Below are positions 16,349 to 24,060 of a stretch of DNA of 64,000 nucleotides, piece after piece. The stretch is from Actinomycetota bacterium (GTDB taxonomy: Bacteria; Actinomycetota; Acidimicrobiia; Acidimicrobiales; Ilumatobacteraceae): the NCBI GenBank assembly GCA_039800005.1, contig JBDLRN010000064.1:5540-69539 (forward strand), read 5' to 3'. The notes under the pieces were generated by a model, which saw nothing but the letters and a program-made list of their open reading frames with translations, searched no databases and was not told the origin of the DNA. Each line of letters opens with the position of its first letter. Position 1 is the stretch's first letter. The translations under genes were made by a program, and so were the position numbers.

Positions 16349-17560
16349 GTGACTCGTGTGGCGATGCTCTCCCTGCACACCTCGCCGTTGGTCCAACCCG
16401 GTGCTGGTGATTCCGGTGGCATGAATGTCTACGTACGCGAACTCGTGGCCGCGCTCGCCCACGCCGGAATCGAGTGCACCACGTACACGCGACAGTGGAA
16501 TCGCGATCTGCCGCGCGAGATCCTCGTCGAGCCGAACCACCGCGTGGTTCACGTGCCGGCCGGACGCTTCGATCTGCCAAAGGAAGAACTCGAGTCGGTG
16601 GTGCCGGCATTCACCGACTTCGTTCTCGACGATCTGCGCGGCCAGTCGTCGACCGACGTCGTCCACGCCAACTACTGGTTGTCGGGTCTGGCCGGCCACT
16701 CGATCAAGCACGAATTGGGCGTTCCGCTCGTCAGCACCTTCCACACCCTCGCCCGTGTGAAGGCCGAAGGTGGCGATCCCGAGTCGGCGCGCCGCGAAGT
16801 CGCCGAGGCCTCGATCATCGGATGCTCCGACGCGATCTGCGTGTCGTGCGACGAAGAGGAAGAGCAGTTCCGTCGTCTTTACGGTGATCCGCCTGGGCGT
16901 ATGGAGATCGTGGCTCCTGGCGTCGAGCACGCTTTCTTCACCCCCGGTGATCAGCGCGGAGCGCGCCACGCACTCGGCATCGGCGACGGTCCGATGATCC
17001 TGTTCGTCGGGCGTCTGCAGCCGTTGAAGGGTGTCGACGTGGCGGTGCGAGCTCTGGCGGCCCTCGGTCGGTCCGACGCCTCGCTCTACGTGGTGGGTGG
17101 ATCGAGTGGGGCCGAAGGCGATTCGTACGTCGACGGAGTGAATCGTCTGATCGACGATCTCGGTCTGCGTTCGCGCGTCCACTTCGTGCCTCCGCAGGCG
17201 CACCACATCTTGTCGACCTACTACCGCGCGGCCGATGCGGTGTGGGTGCCCAGTCGTTCCGAGAGTTTCGGACTGGTCGCTCTCGAAGCTGCGGCCTGCG
17301 GCGTCCCCGTGGTCGCCAACGCCGTGGGCGGATTGGTGTCGCTCATCGAACACGAGCGCACCGGTTTCCTGGTCCCGGGCCGCGATCCAGAGATGTTCGC
17401 TCGGCACACCGCCGAACTTCTCGGCGACTCCGATCTGCGCACCCGCATGTCGGTGGCTGCTGCCGAAGGCGGTCGCCGCTACACGTGGAGTTTCGCCGCC
17501 GCTCGCCTCCGCCGGCTCTACACCGACGTCACCTCGCGTTCCCTCGTCAACTGCTCGTGA
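16349..17560 (+). CDS. mshA: D-inositol-3-phosphate glycosyltransferase (mycothiol biosynthesis)
   Basis: LHTSPLVQPGAGDSGGMNVYV MshA-type N-terminus and the GT4 motif ESFGLVALEAAACGVPVV. Confidence 0.88.
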   Translation: MTRVAMLSLHTSPLVQPGAGDSGGMNVYVRELVAALAHAGIECTTYTRQWNRDLPREILVEPNHRVVHVPAGRFDLPKEELESVVPAFTDFVLDDLRGQSSTDVVHANYWLSGLAGHSIKHELGVPLVSTFHTLARVKAEGGDPESARREVAEASIIGCSDAICVSCDEEEEQFRRLYGDPPGRMEIVAPGVEHAFFTPGDQRGARHALGIGDGPMILFVGRLQPLKGVDVAVRALAALGRSDASLYVVGGSSGAEGDSYVDGVNRLIDDLGLRSRVHFVPPQAHHILSTYYRAADAVWVPSRSESFGLVALEAAACGVPVVANAVGGLVSLIEHERTGFLVPGRDPEMFARHTAELLGDSDLRTRMSVAAAEGGRRYTWSFAAARLRRLYTDVTSRSLVNCS

Positions 17561-18030
17561 GTGATCTGCACGACGACGAATCGCTCGCCGTACTCGAACG
17601 GCGAATCGACGAGTGGCTCGGCTCGTTGCGTTCCAGCAACTCGGCGATCGTGGCCATCGACCGGGCCGAACCCGAATCGGCGTTCCGGGCCCGGTGGTAC
17701 GTCCGCATGAAGGGCGAGAGCAAGGACTTCACCACGTTGTGGATCACGCTCGGTCAGCGCACATTGCGTTACGAGACCTACGTGATGCCGGCACCGGAGG
17801 AGAACTTCGTGGAGTTCTTCGACAACCTCCTGCGTCGCAACGAGAGGTTGGTGGGCGCTCACTTCTCGATCGGCGCCGAAGACGCCGTGTTCCTTCGTGG
17901 CGACCTTCCGCTCACGGCGTTGAACGAAGCCGAACTCGATCGCATCGTCGGTTCGCTCTACGCCTACGTCGAGCAGTGCTTCCGGCCGTTGCTCGCCCTC
18001 GGTTTCGCCTCGCGCTTCCGTTCGGCCTGA
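17557..18030 (+). CDS. YbjN-domain protein
   Basis: GTG 17557 overlaps the mshA stop (GTGA). VSDLHDDESLAVLERRIDEWL...WYVRMKGESKDFTTLWITLGQRTLRYETYV. The position after mshA is as recalled for mycobacteria. Confidence 0.65.
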   Translation: MSDLHDDESLAVLERRIDEWLGSLRSSNSAIVAIDRAEPESAFRARWYVRMKGESKDFTTLWITLGQRTLRYETYVMPAPEENFVEFFDNLLRRNERLVGAHFSIGAEDAVFLRGDLPLTALNEAELDRIVGSLYAYVEQCFRPLLALGFASRFRSA

Positions 18031-18051
18031 GCTCGTTCCCACCTTCGGCGG

Positions 18052-18098
18052 CTCCACCGGCGAGATCGGGAAGTCGTGCCGGTGGAGCATTCCCGATC
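18052..18098 (+). other. Two interleaved inverted repeats (A-B-A'-B') between ybjN and proC
   Basis: A CTCCACCGGC 18052-61 pairs with A' GCCGGTGGAG 18078-87. B GATCGGGAA 18064-72 pairs with B' TTCCCGATC 18090-98. Confidence 0.6.
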
Positions 18099-18130
18099 GA
18101 TCTCCGCATCGTCACGTCGTGGCGGGTGGT

Positions 18131-18136
18131 TAGCGT
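18131..18136 (+). promoter_or_regulatory. Candidate -10 box (TAGCGT) for a leaderless proC
   Basis: TAGCGT-GAGGCC-GTG(18143). The block GGGTGGYTAGCGTGAGG recurs at 20250. Confidence 0.4.
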
Positions 18137-18142
18137 GAGGCC

Positions 18143-18958
18143 GTGACTTCTTCCTCCGGATCCGCTGCCACCGATTCCGTGCTCGCCGTCGTCGGCGGCG
18201 GCAACATGGGCGCCGCACTGGTGGGCGGCCTCCTCTCCTCCGGAGTCGTTTCTCCTTCCGGGGTGGTGATCGTCGAGGTCTCGCCGGAACGCCGGGCCCA
18301 TCTGGTGGCTTCGTTCCCCGGTGTGGCGGTCACCGAGTCGATCCCGGTGTGCACGGAAGCCCTCATCGCCGTCAAGCCACCCGATGTGGCGGCGGCGTGC
18401 ACCGCGGCCGTCGCCGCGGGGGCGCGTCGTGTTCTGTCGATCGCCGCCGGCATCACGATTGCGCGTCTCGAAGCGGCGTCGGGTGCCGGTGTCGCCGTCG
18501 TTCGCGCCATGCCCAACACGCCTGCGCTCGTCGGCGAGGGTGCCTCGGCGATCGCGGCCGGATCGTCGGCTTCCGAGGCCGATGTGTCGTGGGCCGAACG
18601 CATTCTCGGCTCGGTCGGACTCGTGGTGCGCGTGCCGGAGGATCGTCTCGACGCGGTGACCGGACTCATCGGCAGCGGTCCGGCGTATCTCTTCCTCGTG
18701 GCCGAGTCGTTGATGGCGGCCGGTCGGGCCGAAGGCATCGATGACCTCGTGGTCGACGCCATGGTGCGTCAGCTCTTCACCGGTGCGGCGCGACTTCTGG
18801 CCGTCGGAGACGACCCGGCCGACCTACGTGTGCGCGTCACGTCACCCGGTGGAACGACGGCGGCCGGCCTCGGCGTTCTCGACGGTCGCGGTGTGCGCGA
18901 GGCGTTCGTCGCCGCAGTGGCGGCGGCAACGGCGCGCAGTCGTGAACTCGGTTCCTGA
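18143..18958 (+). CDS. proC: Pyrroline-5-carboxylate reductase
   Basis: VVGGGNMGAAL Rossmann motif, RAMPNTPALVG, GSGPAYLF, VTSPGGTT. Confidence 0.9.
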   Translation: MTSSSGSAATDSVLAVVGGGNMGAALVGGLLSSGVVSPSGVVIVEVSPERRAHLVASFPGVAVTESIPVCTEALIAVKPPDVAAACTAAVAAGARRVLSIAAGITIARLEAASGAGVAVVRAMPNTPALVGEGASAIAAGSSASEADVSWAERILGSVGLVVRVPEDRLDAVTGLIGSGPAYLFLVAESLMAAGRAEGIDDLVVDAMVRQLFTGAARLLAVGDDPADLRVRVTSPGGTTAAGLGVLDGRGVREAFVAAVAAATARSRELGS

Positions 18959-19009
18959 GCAGGATTTTTTTCGCCGTTTTTCTCCGATGATTTCGTAGTC
19001 GTCGCAGGT

Positions 19010-19091
19010 CAACGATTTAGTGCAAAAGCACGTTTTTCTGCAGTGTGCAACGATTGACGAAAAATGTGCTCGACGCACTTGGGAGCACGTG
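19010..19091. promoter_or_regulatory. AT-rich island with repeated CAACGATT / GTGC-n4-5-GCAC modules (candidate operator array)
   Basis: CAACGATT at 19010 and 19048. GTGCAAAAGCAC at 19020-31. GTGCTCGACGCAC at 19066-78. CACGTG at 19086-91. Confidence 0.35.
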
Positions 19092-19114
19092 ACGAACGTG
19101 CCTAATCTGTCGCA

Positions 19115-19220
19115 CAGGTCACAAGACCACCGGCTCATCGCAGCCGGGAGACGCACCCGCAAGGGAAGCGCCGAAAGGGCCGGTGCCATCGGGGGGTTGG
19201 CACCGGCCCTTTCGCATTTC
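19115..19220 (+). ncRNA. Candidate ~105-nt structured small RNA or terminator-containing 5' leader
   Basis: Putative -35 TTGGGA (19079-84) and -10 TAATCT (19103-08), 18-nt spacer. Hairpins CCGGCT-CATCGC-AGCCGG (19130-47) and CGCACCC-GCAA-GGGAAGCG (19152-70). A 16-bp terminator-like stem at 19173-19213. Confidence 0.4.
19173..19220 (+). terminator. Strong 16-bp hairpin, weak T-tract
   Basis: GAAAGGGCCGGTGCCA-TCGGGGGGT-TGGCACCGGCCCTTTC followed by GCATTTCC. Orientation is not certain. Confidence 0.5.
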
Positions 19221-19312
19221 CGGGATCTTCCCCCGACGTCGCCGTCGCTCCATCGCTCGCGAGTTCGCGGTGCATGTCGCATTCACGAGTCGTCACTGAC
19301 ACACTGCCCACG

Positions 19313-20179
19313 ATGGTGAACGGACGTACCTACGACACCGTGTCGTTCCTCTCCGATCTCGGACAGGGATCCGATGCCGTCGGTGTCGTTCACGCATTGT
19401 TGCGCGATCTGGCCCCTGGACTTCACGTCGTCGACATCACACACGACGTCCCACCGTTCGACGTGCGTGCCGGATCACTCGCGCTCGCCCGGGCCGTGGC
19501 GTACGTGCCGAGCGGAATCGTCGTGGCGTGTGTCGACCCGGGCGCCGGCACCGATCGTCGACTCGTGGCGATCGAAGTGGCGGGTGGAAACGGGGTGTTC
19601 CTCGGACCCGACAACGGATTGTTGGCGACGGGTGTGGCGCTGGCTGGTGGTGCCGAACGCGCCGTCATTCTCGATCGAGACGAACACCATCTCGCGTCAC
19701 CGGGTGCCACGTTCGCCGCGCGCGACGTGTTGGCTCCCGTGACGGCGGCTCTCGCTCGCGGCGTCGACATGTCGGAGCTCGGTTCGCCGATCGATCCGGG
19801 ATCGTTGCTCCCGAGTGTGGTCCCGATTCCACGAGAGGAGGACGGAACCTTGGCGTGCGAGATCCTCTGGGTCGATCGTTTCGGCAACTGTCAGATCAAC
19901 GTGTCGTACGACGACGTCCTCGGTGTGTTCGGACCCGATACCTCCCGAGTTCGCATCGCTTTCGGCGACGAGCTGCGCAACGTCGAGATCGTCACGGCCT
20001 TCGGCGCGCTCGGTACCGGCGCCTTCGGCTTGGTGATCGACGCGTCAGGTCTGCTCGCCCTGGCCTTCGATCGAGCGTCGGCGTCCCGAGAACTCGGCCT
20101 CGGTGAGGGAGACGCGGTACGTCTGTCACCAGCCGAGGGGCCCGGTGGCGTGACGGTCCCGGTGACATTGCGATCCTGA
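19313..20179 (+). CDS. SAM hydrolase / SAM-dependent halogenase family protein (DUF62, SAM hydroxide adenosyltransferase-like)
   Basis: TVSFLSDLGQGSDAVGVVH...VDPGAGTDRR...LGPDNGLL...WVDRFGNCQINV. Start at ATG 19313, or alternatively 19274. Confidence 0.75.
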   Translation: MVNGRTYDTVSFLSDLGQGSDAVGVVHALLRDLAPGLHVVDITHDVPPFDVRAGSLALARAVAYVPSGIVVACVDPGAGTDRRLVAIEVAGGNGVFLGPDNGLLATGVALAGGAERAVILDRDEHHLASPGATFAARDVLAPVTAALARGVDMSELGSPIDPGSLLPSVVPIPREEDGTLACEILWVDRFGNCQINVSYDDVLGVFGPDTSRVRIAFGDELRNVEIVTAFGALGTGAFGLVIDASGLLALAFDRASASRELGLGEGDAVRLSPAEGPGGVTVPVTLRS

Positions 20180-20191
20180 GTCGAAGCCCGA

Positions 20192-20247
20192 GTCGAATCT
20201 GGTGCGGGATCTTCACCTATGCGGTGAAGAATCCTCACCAGAACACC
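20192..20247 (-). repeat. REP/MITE-like palindromic unit, copy B
   Basis: The reverse complement, GGTGTTCTGGTGAGGATTCTTCACCGCATAGGTGAAGATCCCGCACCAGATTCGAC, is near-identical to copy C and to the right unit of the composite at 8076-8129. Confidence 0.85.
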
Positions 20248-20256
20248 GGGGGTGGC

Positions 20257-20262
20257 TAGCGT
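20257..20262 (+). promoter_or_regulatory. Candidate -10 box (TAGCGT) upstream of the micro-ORF and acyl-CoA synthetase
   Basis: GGGGGTGGCTAGCGTGAGGGGC-GTG. The same block occurs at proC. Confidence 0.35.
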
Positions 20263-20269
20263 GAGGGGC

Positions 20270-20353
20270 GTGAGGCCGGCGACCACTCTCACCGTTGCGC
20301 TGTTGCTGGCGGGGATCTTCATCGCCGGGATCGTGTCACTCCTGAGTCTGTGA
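20270..20353 (+). CDS. Possible leaderless 27-aa hydrophobic micro-protein
   Basis: GTG 20270, VRPATTLTVALLLAGIFIAGIVSLLSL, TGA 20351-53. The next gene starts 10 nt later. Confidence 0.25.
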   Translation: MRPATTLTVALLLAGIFIAGIVSLLSL

Positions 20354-20362
20354 CGTGGTGCC

Positions 20363-21865
20363 GTGAACCTTGCGTCCATCGTCGCCACGCACGCCGCCGC
20401 CCGCCCAGCCATCATCAGCCGTGGACGCACCACCGATTACGGAACTCTGCGCGCGCAGATCGACGGTCTGCGCGGATCACTCGCCGCGCTCGGCGTGCAG
20501 CGCAACGACCGGGTCGCTCTCGTGTGCGGCAACAGCCGGGCCTTCGTGGTGTCGTACCTGGCGACCATCGGTCTCGGCGCCATCGCCGTGCCGCTCAACC
20601 CACTCGCCCCCACACCCGAATTGCAGCGCGAACTCGAGGTCGTGACCCCGACGGCCGCAGTCGTCGAAGTGTCGGGTCGCCCCTCGTTCTCCGGTCTCTC
20701 GTTCGATCGTCTCCCGACGTTGCGGGACGTGATCCTCACTGACGATCAGAACGTCGAGTTTCCGGCCCCGCTCGCCACTCATTCGTTCGACGCACTGCTC
20801 GCCGGATCTCCGGTTCCGATCGCCGACGTCGATCCGAGGCAGCCGGCCGTGCTGATGTTCACCAGCGGAACAGCTGGCGCGCCGCGGGCCGCGATCCTCA
20901 CTCACGGCAACTTGCTCGCCAACATCGAGCAGAACGAGCGCATGCCCGACCACGTGCGTGCCGACGACGTGGTGTTCGGCGTTCTTCCGGTGTTCCACAT
21001 CTTCGGACTCAACGTGGTCGTCGGAATGTCGCTCCACGCCGGAGCGTGTGTGGTTCTCATTCAACGTTTCGATCCGGTGGCGGCCGTCGAGACGCTTTCC
21101 GAACGGGGCATCACCGTGCTGCCGGGTGCGCCGCCGGTCTGGGTCGCTTTGTCACTCCTCGAGGGTTTCGACGCGTCCCACTTCACAACGGTTCGTCTGG
21201 CCCTCACTGGTGCGTCGCGTATGCCCGGTGACGCCATCGAGCGACTCGAGCGCAAGTTCGGACTCGTGCTGCGCGAGGGCTACGGACTCACCGAAGCCGC
21301 ACCCGTGGTCACGAGTTCGGTGGGAATCGAGCCCCGGCGCGATTCGGTCGGTCAGGTGGTACCCGGTGTCGAGGTACGCGTCGTCGATTCCGAGGGCGAC
21401 GACATCCTCGCCGGTGACAGTGGTGAAGTACTCGTGCGCGGTGACAACGTGTTCGTCGGCTATTGGAACGATGCCGAGGCGACGGCTCGCGTACTCGACG
21501 TCGACGGCTGGCTGCACACCGGCGACATCGCGACGGTCGACGGTGACGGCTACCTCTATTTGCTCGATCGAGCCAAGGACCTGATCATCGTGTCGGGATT
21601 CAACGTCTTCCCCGCCGAGGTGGAGGAAGTGCTCATGCGTCATCCAGCGGTGTTCGAAGCCGGAGTGATCGGTGTTCCGCATCCGCAGACGGGCGAAGCG
21701 GTGCGCGCCTACGTGGTGCTGAAGCCGGGAGCCGAAGCCGACGAGGACGCTCTCATCGACCACTGTCACGATCACGTCGCGCGCTACAAGTGCCCGACCA
21801 AGGTGTTGATCGTCGACGCGCTACCGCACAACCACTTCGGCAAGCTGCTCCGTCGCTCGTTGTGA
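20363..21865 (+). CDS. AMP-dependent acyl-CoA synthetase/ligase (FadD-like)
   Basis: MFTSGTAGAPRAA AMP-binding motif, GYGLTEAAP, TGDIATVDGDGYLYLLDRAKDLI. Confidence 0.85.
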   Translation: MNLASIVATHAAARPAIISRGRTTDYGTLRAQIDGLRGSLAALGVQRNDRVALVCGNSRAFVVSYLATIGLGAIAVPLNPLAPTPELQRELEVVTPTAAVVEVSGRPSFSGLSFDRLPTLRDVILTDDQNVEFPAPLATHSFDALLAGSPVPIADVDPRQPAVLMFTSGTAGAPRAAILTHGNLLANIEQNERMPDHVRADDVVFGVLPVFHIFGLNVVVGMSLHAGACVVLIQRFDPVAAVETLSERGITVLPGAPPVWVALSLLEGFDASHFTTVRLALTGASRMPGDAIERLERKFGLVLREGYGLTEAAPVVTSSVGIEPRRDSVGQVVPGVEVRVVDSEGDDILAGDSGEVLVRGDNVFVGYWNDAEATARVLDVDGWLHTGDIATVDGDGYLYLLDRAKDLIIVSGFNVFPAEVEEVLMRHPAVFEAGVIGVPHPQTGEAVRAYVVLKPGAEADEDALIDHCHDHVARYKCPTKVLIVDALPHNHFGKLLRRSL

Positions 21866-22564
21866 CGATGCCACCAGGAAACCGGCGAACAGGATCACCA
21901 CTCCGACCACCAGCGTGACCGCGAAGGCGCGATCCTCGCCCAGTCGACCGGCGAACGAACCACTCGCGGACAACACGAGGGTTCCGACCGCGATGAGCAC
22001 GTTGGCGACGGTGTGTCGACGAACGTCGGAGATCTGCCGCGTCGCACCGGACAGAGCGGGTATTCGCCCGCGAAGCGATCGAGCGACCGACCACAGGGCA
22101 CCCACGATGATCACGAGCGCCGCCACACCCGACCCCACGGCGGCGAACGCACGCGGTGCGGCGTCGAACAGTTCGCTGCCCTGAGGCATCGCACTTCCTT
22201 CGACGTCGACCCACTTCATCGGGGCGACGAGCGTGACGCCGACCGCGGCGCCCGAGAGCCCGACGAGCCAGGCGCGAACTCGATCGCCGAGAACACGACC
22301 GCCGAGCAGGTACACCGTGCCGAGGGCCAGCCACGGGACGTTGAGAATCGCCCCGGCGAGATAGAAGACGCGGAACGAGGATCGACTCCAGCCGCGGGCC
22401 TCGGCCCACCACAGTGCCGCCGAACCCAGAGCGAACAAGACGAGTGACACGGTCCAGGCCGCTTCGTGGGCACGACGACGACGCAACCAGCGATCGAAGG
22501 TCGACAGCGCGAACGCCGACGCCACGAGAGTTGCCGAGGCGGCCAGTGCGGCATCGAGAGTCAC
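21821..22564 (-). CDS. Integral membrane protein, unknown function
   Basis: 247-aa ORF with about 7 hydrophobic segments. GTG start at 22564. The 3' end overlaps the convergent fadD-like gene by 45 nt. Confidence 0.55.
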   Translation of the reverse strand: MTLDAALAASATLVASAFALSTFDRWLRRRRAHEAAWTVSLVLFALGSAALWWAEARGWSRSSFRVFYLAGAILNVPWLALGTVYLLGGRVLGDRVRAWLVGLSGAAVGVTLVAPMKWVDVEGSAMPQGSELFDAAPRAFAAVGSGVAALVIIVGALWSVARSLRGRIPALSGATRQISDVRRHTVANVLIAVGTLVLSASGSFAGRLGEDRAFAVTLVVGVVILFAGFLVASSQRATEQLAEVVVR

Positions 22565-22713
22565 GCTTCCACGTTAGAAGTGACCGAGGTGAAAAGTCCT
22601 GGTGTGGCCGGTCGCGATCGGTCGCGACCCGGCAGAGACGTTCGGCCCGGCCACGGTGACCGATGACCGGCCGGTGAATCGATCGTGACTTCGTGAATTT
22701 GCGAACGTCGCCC

Positions 22714-22719
22714 TAGCGT
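22714..22719 (+). promoter_or_regulatory. Candidate -10 box (TAGCGT) 9 nt upstream of the rex ATG
   Basis: CCTAGCGT-TTCGGAACG-ATG. Confidence 0.35.
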
Positions 22720-22728
22720 TTCGGAACG

Positions 22729-23412
22729 ATGGTCGATCGCCCCCGACGCCGCATTCCCGAAGCCACGGTCATCCGTCTGCCCCTGTACCTGCGCATCCTC
22801 AACGAGGTGGCCGACGAGGGGGTCGAGCACCTGTCGTCGGATCGTCTGGCCGAACTGGCCGGCGTCAACGCCGCCAAGGTCCGCAAGGACCTGAGCTACC
22901 TCGGCAGTTATGGCACGCGAGGCGTGGGGTACGAAGTGTCGTATCTCGTGTACCAGATACAGCGCGAACTCGGCCTCAACCACGAGTGGCCGATCGTGAT
23001 CATCGGTGCCGGCAACCTGGGTCAGGCCCTGTCCGGCTACGCCGGTTTCGGACAGCGCGGCTTCCCGGTGGCAGGCATCGTCGACGTCGACACCGAGAAG
23101 GTGGGTTCGGTGATCGGAGGAGTTCGGGTGCGTCACATCGACGACCTGCCGCAGATCGTCGCCGCCCGTCAGGTCTCGATCGGCGTCGTGGCGGTACCGC
23201 CGGTCGCCGCTCAGGACGCGGCCGATCGTCTCGTGCGGGCCGGTGTCACCAGCATTCTGAACTTCGCCCCGGTGGTCCTGTCGGTGCCGCGCGGTGTGAC
23301 CGTTCGCAAGGTCGACCTGGCTCTCGAACTGCAGATCCTCAGCTACTACGAACAGAAGCGAGCGTCGACCCTGCAGATCGTTCCGCGATCGGGCTCCGGC
23401 GCGTCGGCCTGA
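22729..23412 (+). CDS. rex: Redox-sensing transcriptional repressor Rex
   Basis: IPEATVIRLPLYLRIL winged-helix N-terminus. SYGTRGVGYEV. IIGAGNLGQAL Rossmann motif. NFAP. Confidence 0.9.
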   Translation: MVDRPRRRIPEATVIRLPLYLRILNEVADEGVEHLSSDRLAELAGVNAAKVRKDLSYLGSYGTRGVGYEVSYLVYQIQRELGLNHEWPIVIIGAGNLGQALSGYAGFGQRGFPVAGIVDVDTEKVGSVIGGVRVRHIDDLPQIVAARQVSIGVVAVPPVAAQDAADRLVRAGVTSILNFAPVVLSVPRGVTVRKVDLALELQILSYYEQKRASTLQIVPRSGSGASA

Positions 23413-23441
23413 CGCCGACCGCGCCGATCTACGCTCGACCC

Positions 23442-24038
23442 ATGCGACAGTTCGCCACGTGGCGATTCTGGGCGACCATCGCCACTCTCGTCGTCGTGAC
23501 ACTCGTGTTACGAGGCTGTCTCGGCTCCGAGGCCGATTCGACAGATGTCGACGTCGTCACGTCGCGACGTGTCGATCTGATCTCGCTCACCGCCACGATC
23601 CGATCCGATGCGCCGTGGTTCGTGTCCGGTGGTGCGATGGTCGGAGACGCCACCGTGGTCCTCGCGAACGGACGAGTGATCCGCCTGACCGACGGAACGA
23701 TCGGCGAGAGTTCGTGTCTCTATCCCGACGTCACGAACGCGTGCGTTCTGTTGGCCGACACTCTGGGCGACGGTGTCGTGTGGTTCGCGCTGCTGCCGGC
23801 TCCGCCGAGTGCGTCGAACGAACTCGAACTGCCACCCATCGTCGAATTACTCGAGGGAGTCACGTTCGCTCGACTCGACAACGGCTGGGAGATTCCGCTT
23901 CTCGACCGCGTCGTCCGGCGATGCGAGACCGAATCACCGAATCTGACGGCATTCGTGCAACGGTTCGCCGATCGACACGCCACCATCGTCGATCTCGATC
24001 GCGCCCAGGTGTCGGCCGTTCGCTGTCTCGAGAACTGA
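23442..24038 (+). CDS. Membrane-anchored or secreted Cys-containing protein, unknown function
   Basis: ATG 23442 within ORF 22986..24038. N-terminal hydrophobic helix WATIATLVVVTLVL then RGC. 198 aa. 30 nt after rex. Confidence 0.5.
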   Translation: MRQFATWRFWATIATLVVVTLVLRGCLGSEADSTDVDVVTSRRVDLISLTATIRSDAPWFVSGGAMVGDATVVLANGRVIRLTDGTIGESSCLYPDVTNACVLLADTLGDGVVWFALLPAPPSASNELELPPIVELLEGVTFARLDNGWEIPLLDRVVRRCETESPNLTAFVQRFADRHATIVDLDRAQVSAVRCLEN

Positions 24039-24060
24039 TCGCAGCGAGCGAGGTCGCGCC

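Noticed and set aside
19173-19213. Possible 6C RNA: on the minus strand the 16-bp hairpin has a C-rich loop (ACCCCCCGA).
   Set aside because: As I recall it, 6C RNA has two hairpins that both have C-rich loops. The other hairpins here have GCAA/UUGC and 6-nt mixed loops. No T-tract follows on the minus strand.
18842-19282. 146-aa minus-strand ORF and 99-aa plus-strand ORF (19020..19319) spanning the AT-rich island.
   Set aside because: They cross the low-GC, hairpin-rich intergenic region. They have poor codon bias and no motifs. The region is better explained as regulatory or RNA-coding.
22581-22606. GAGGTGAAAAGTCCTGGTGTGG partly resembles the right arm of the REP/MITE-like unit (GGTGAAAAATCCTCACCAG).
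   Set aside because: Only about 12 nt are similar and there is no partner arm. It is too degenerate to call a fifth copy.
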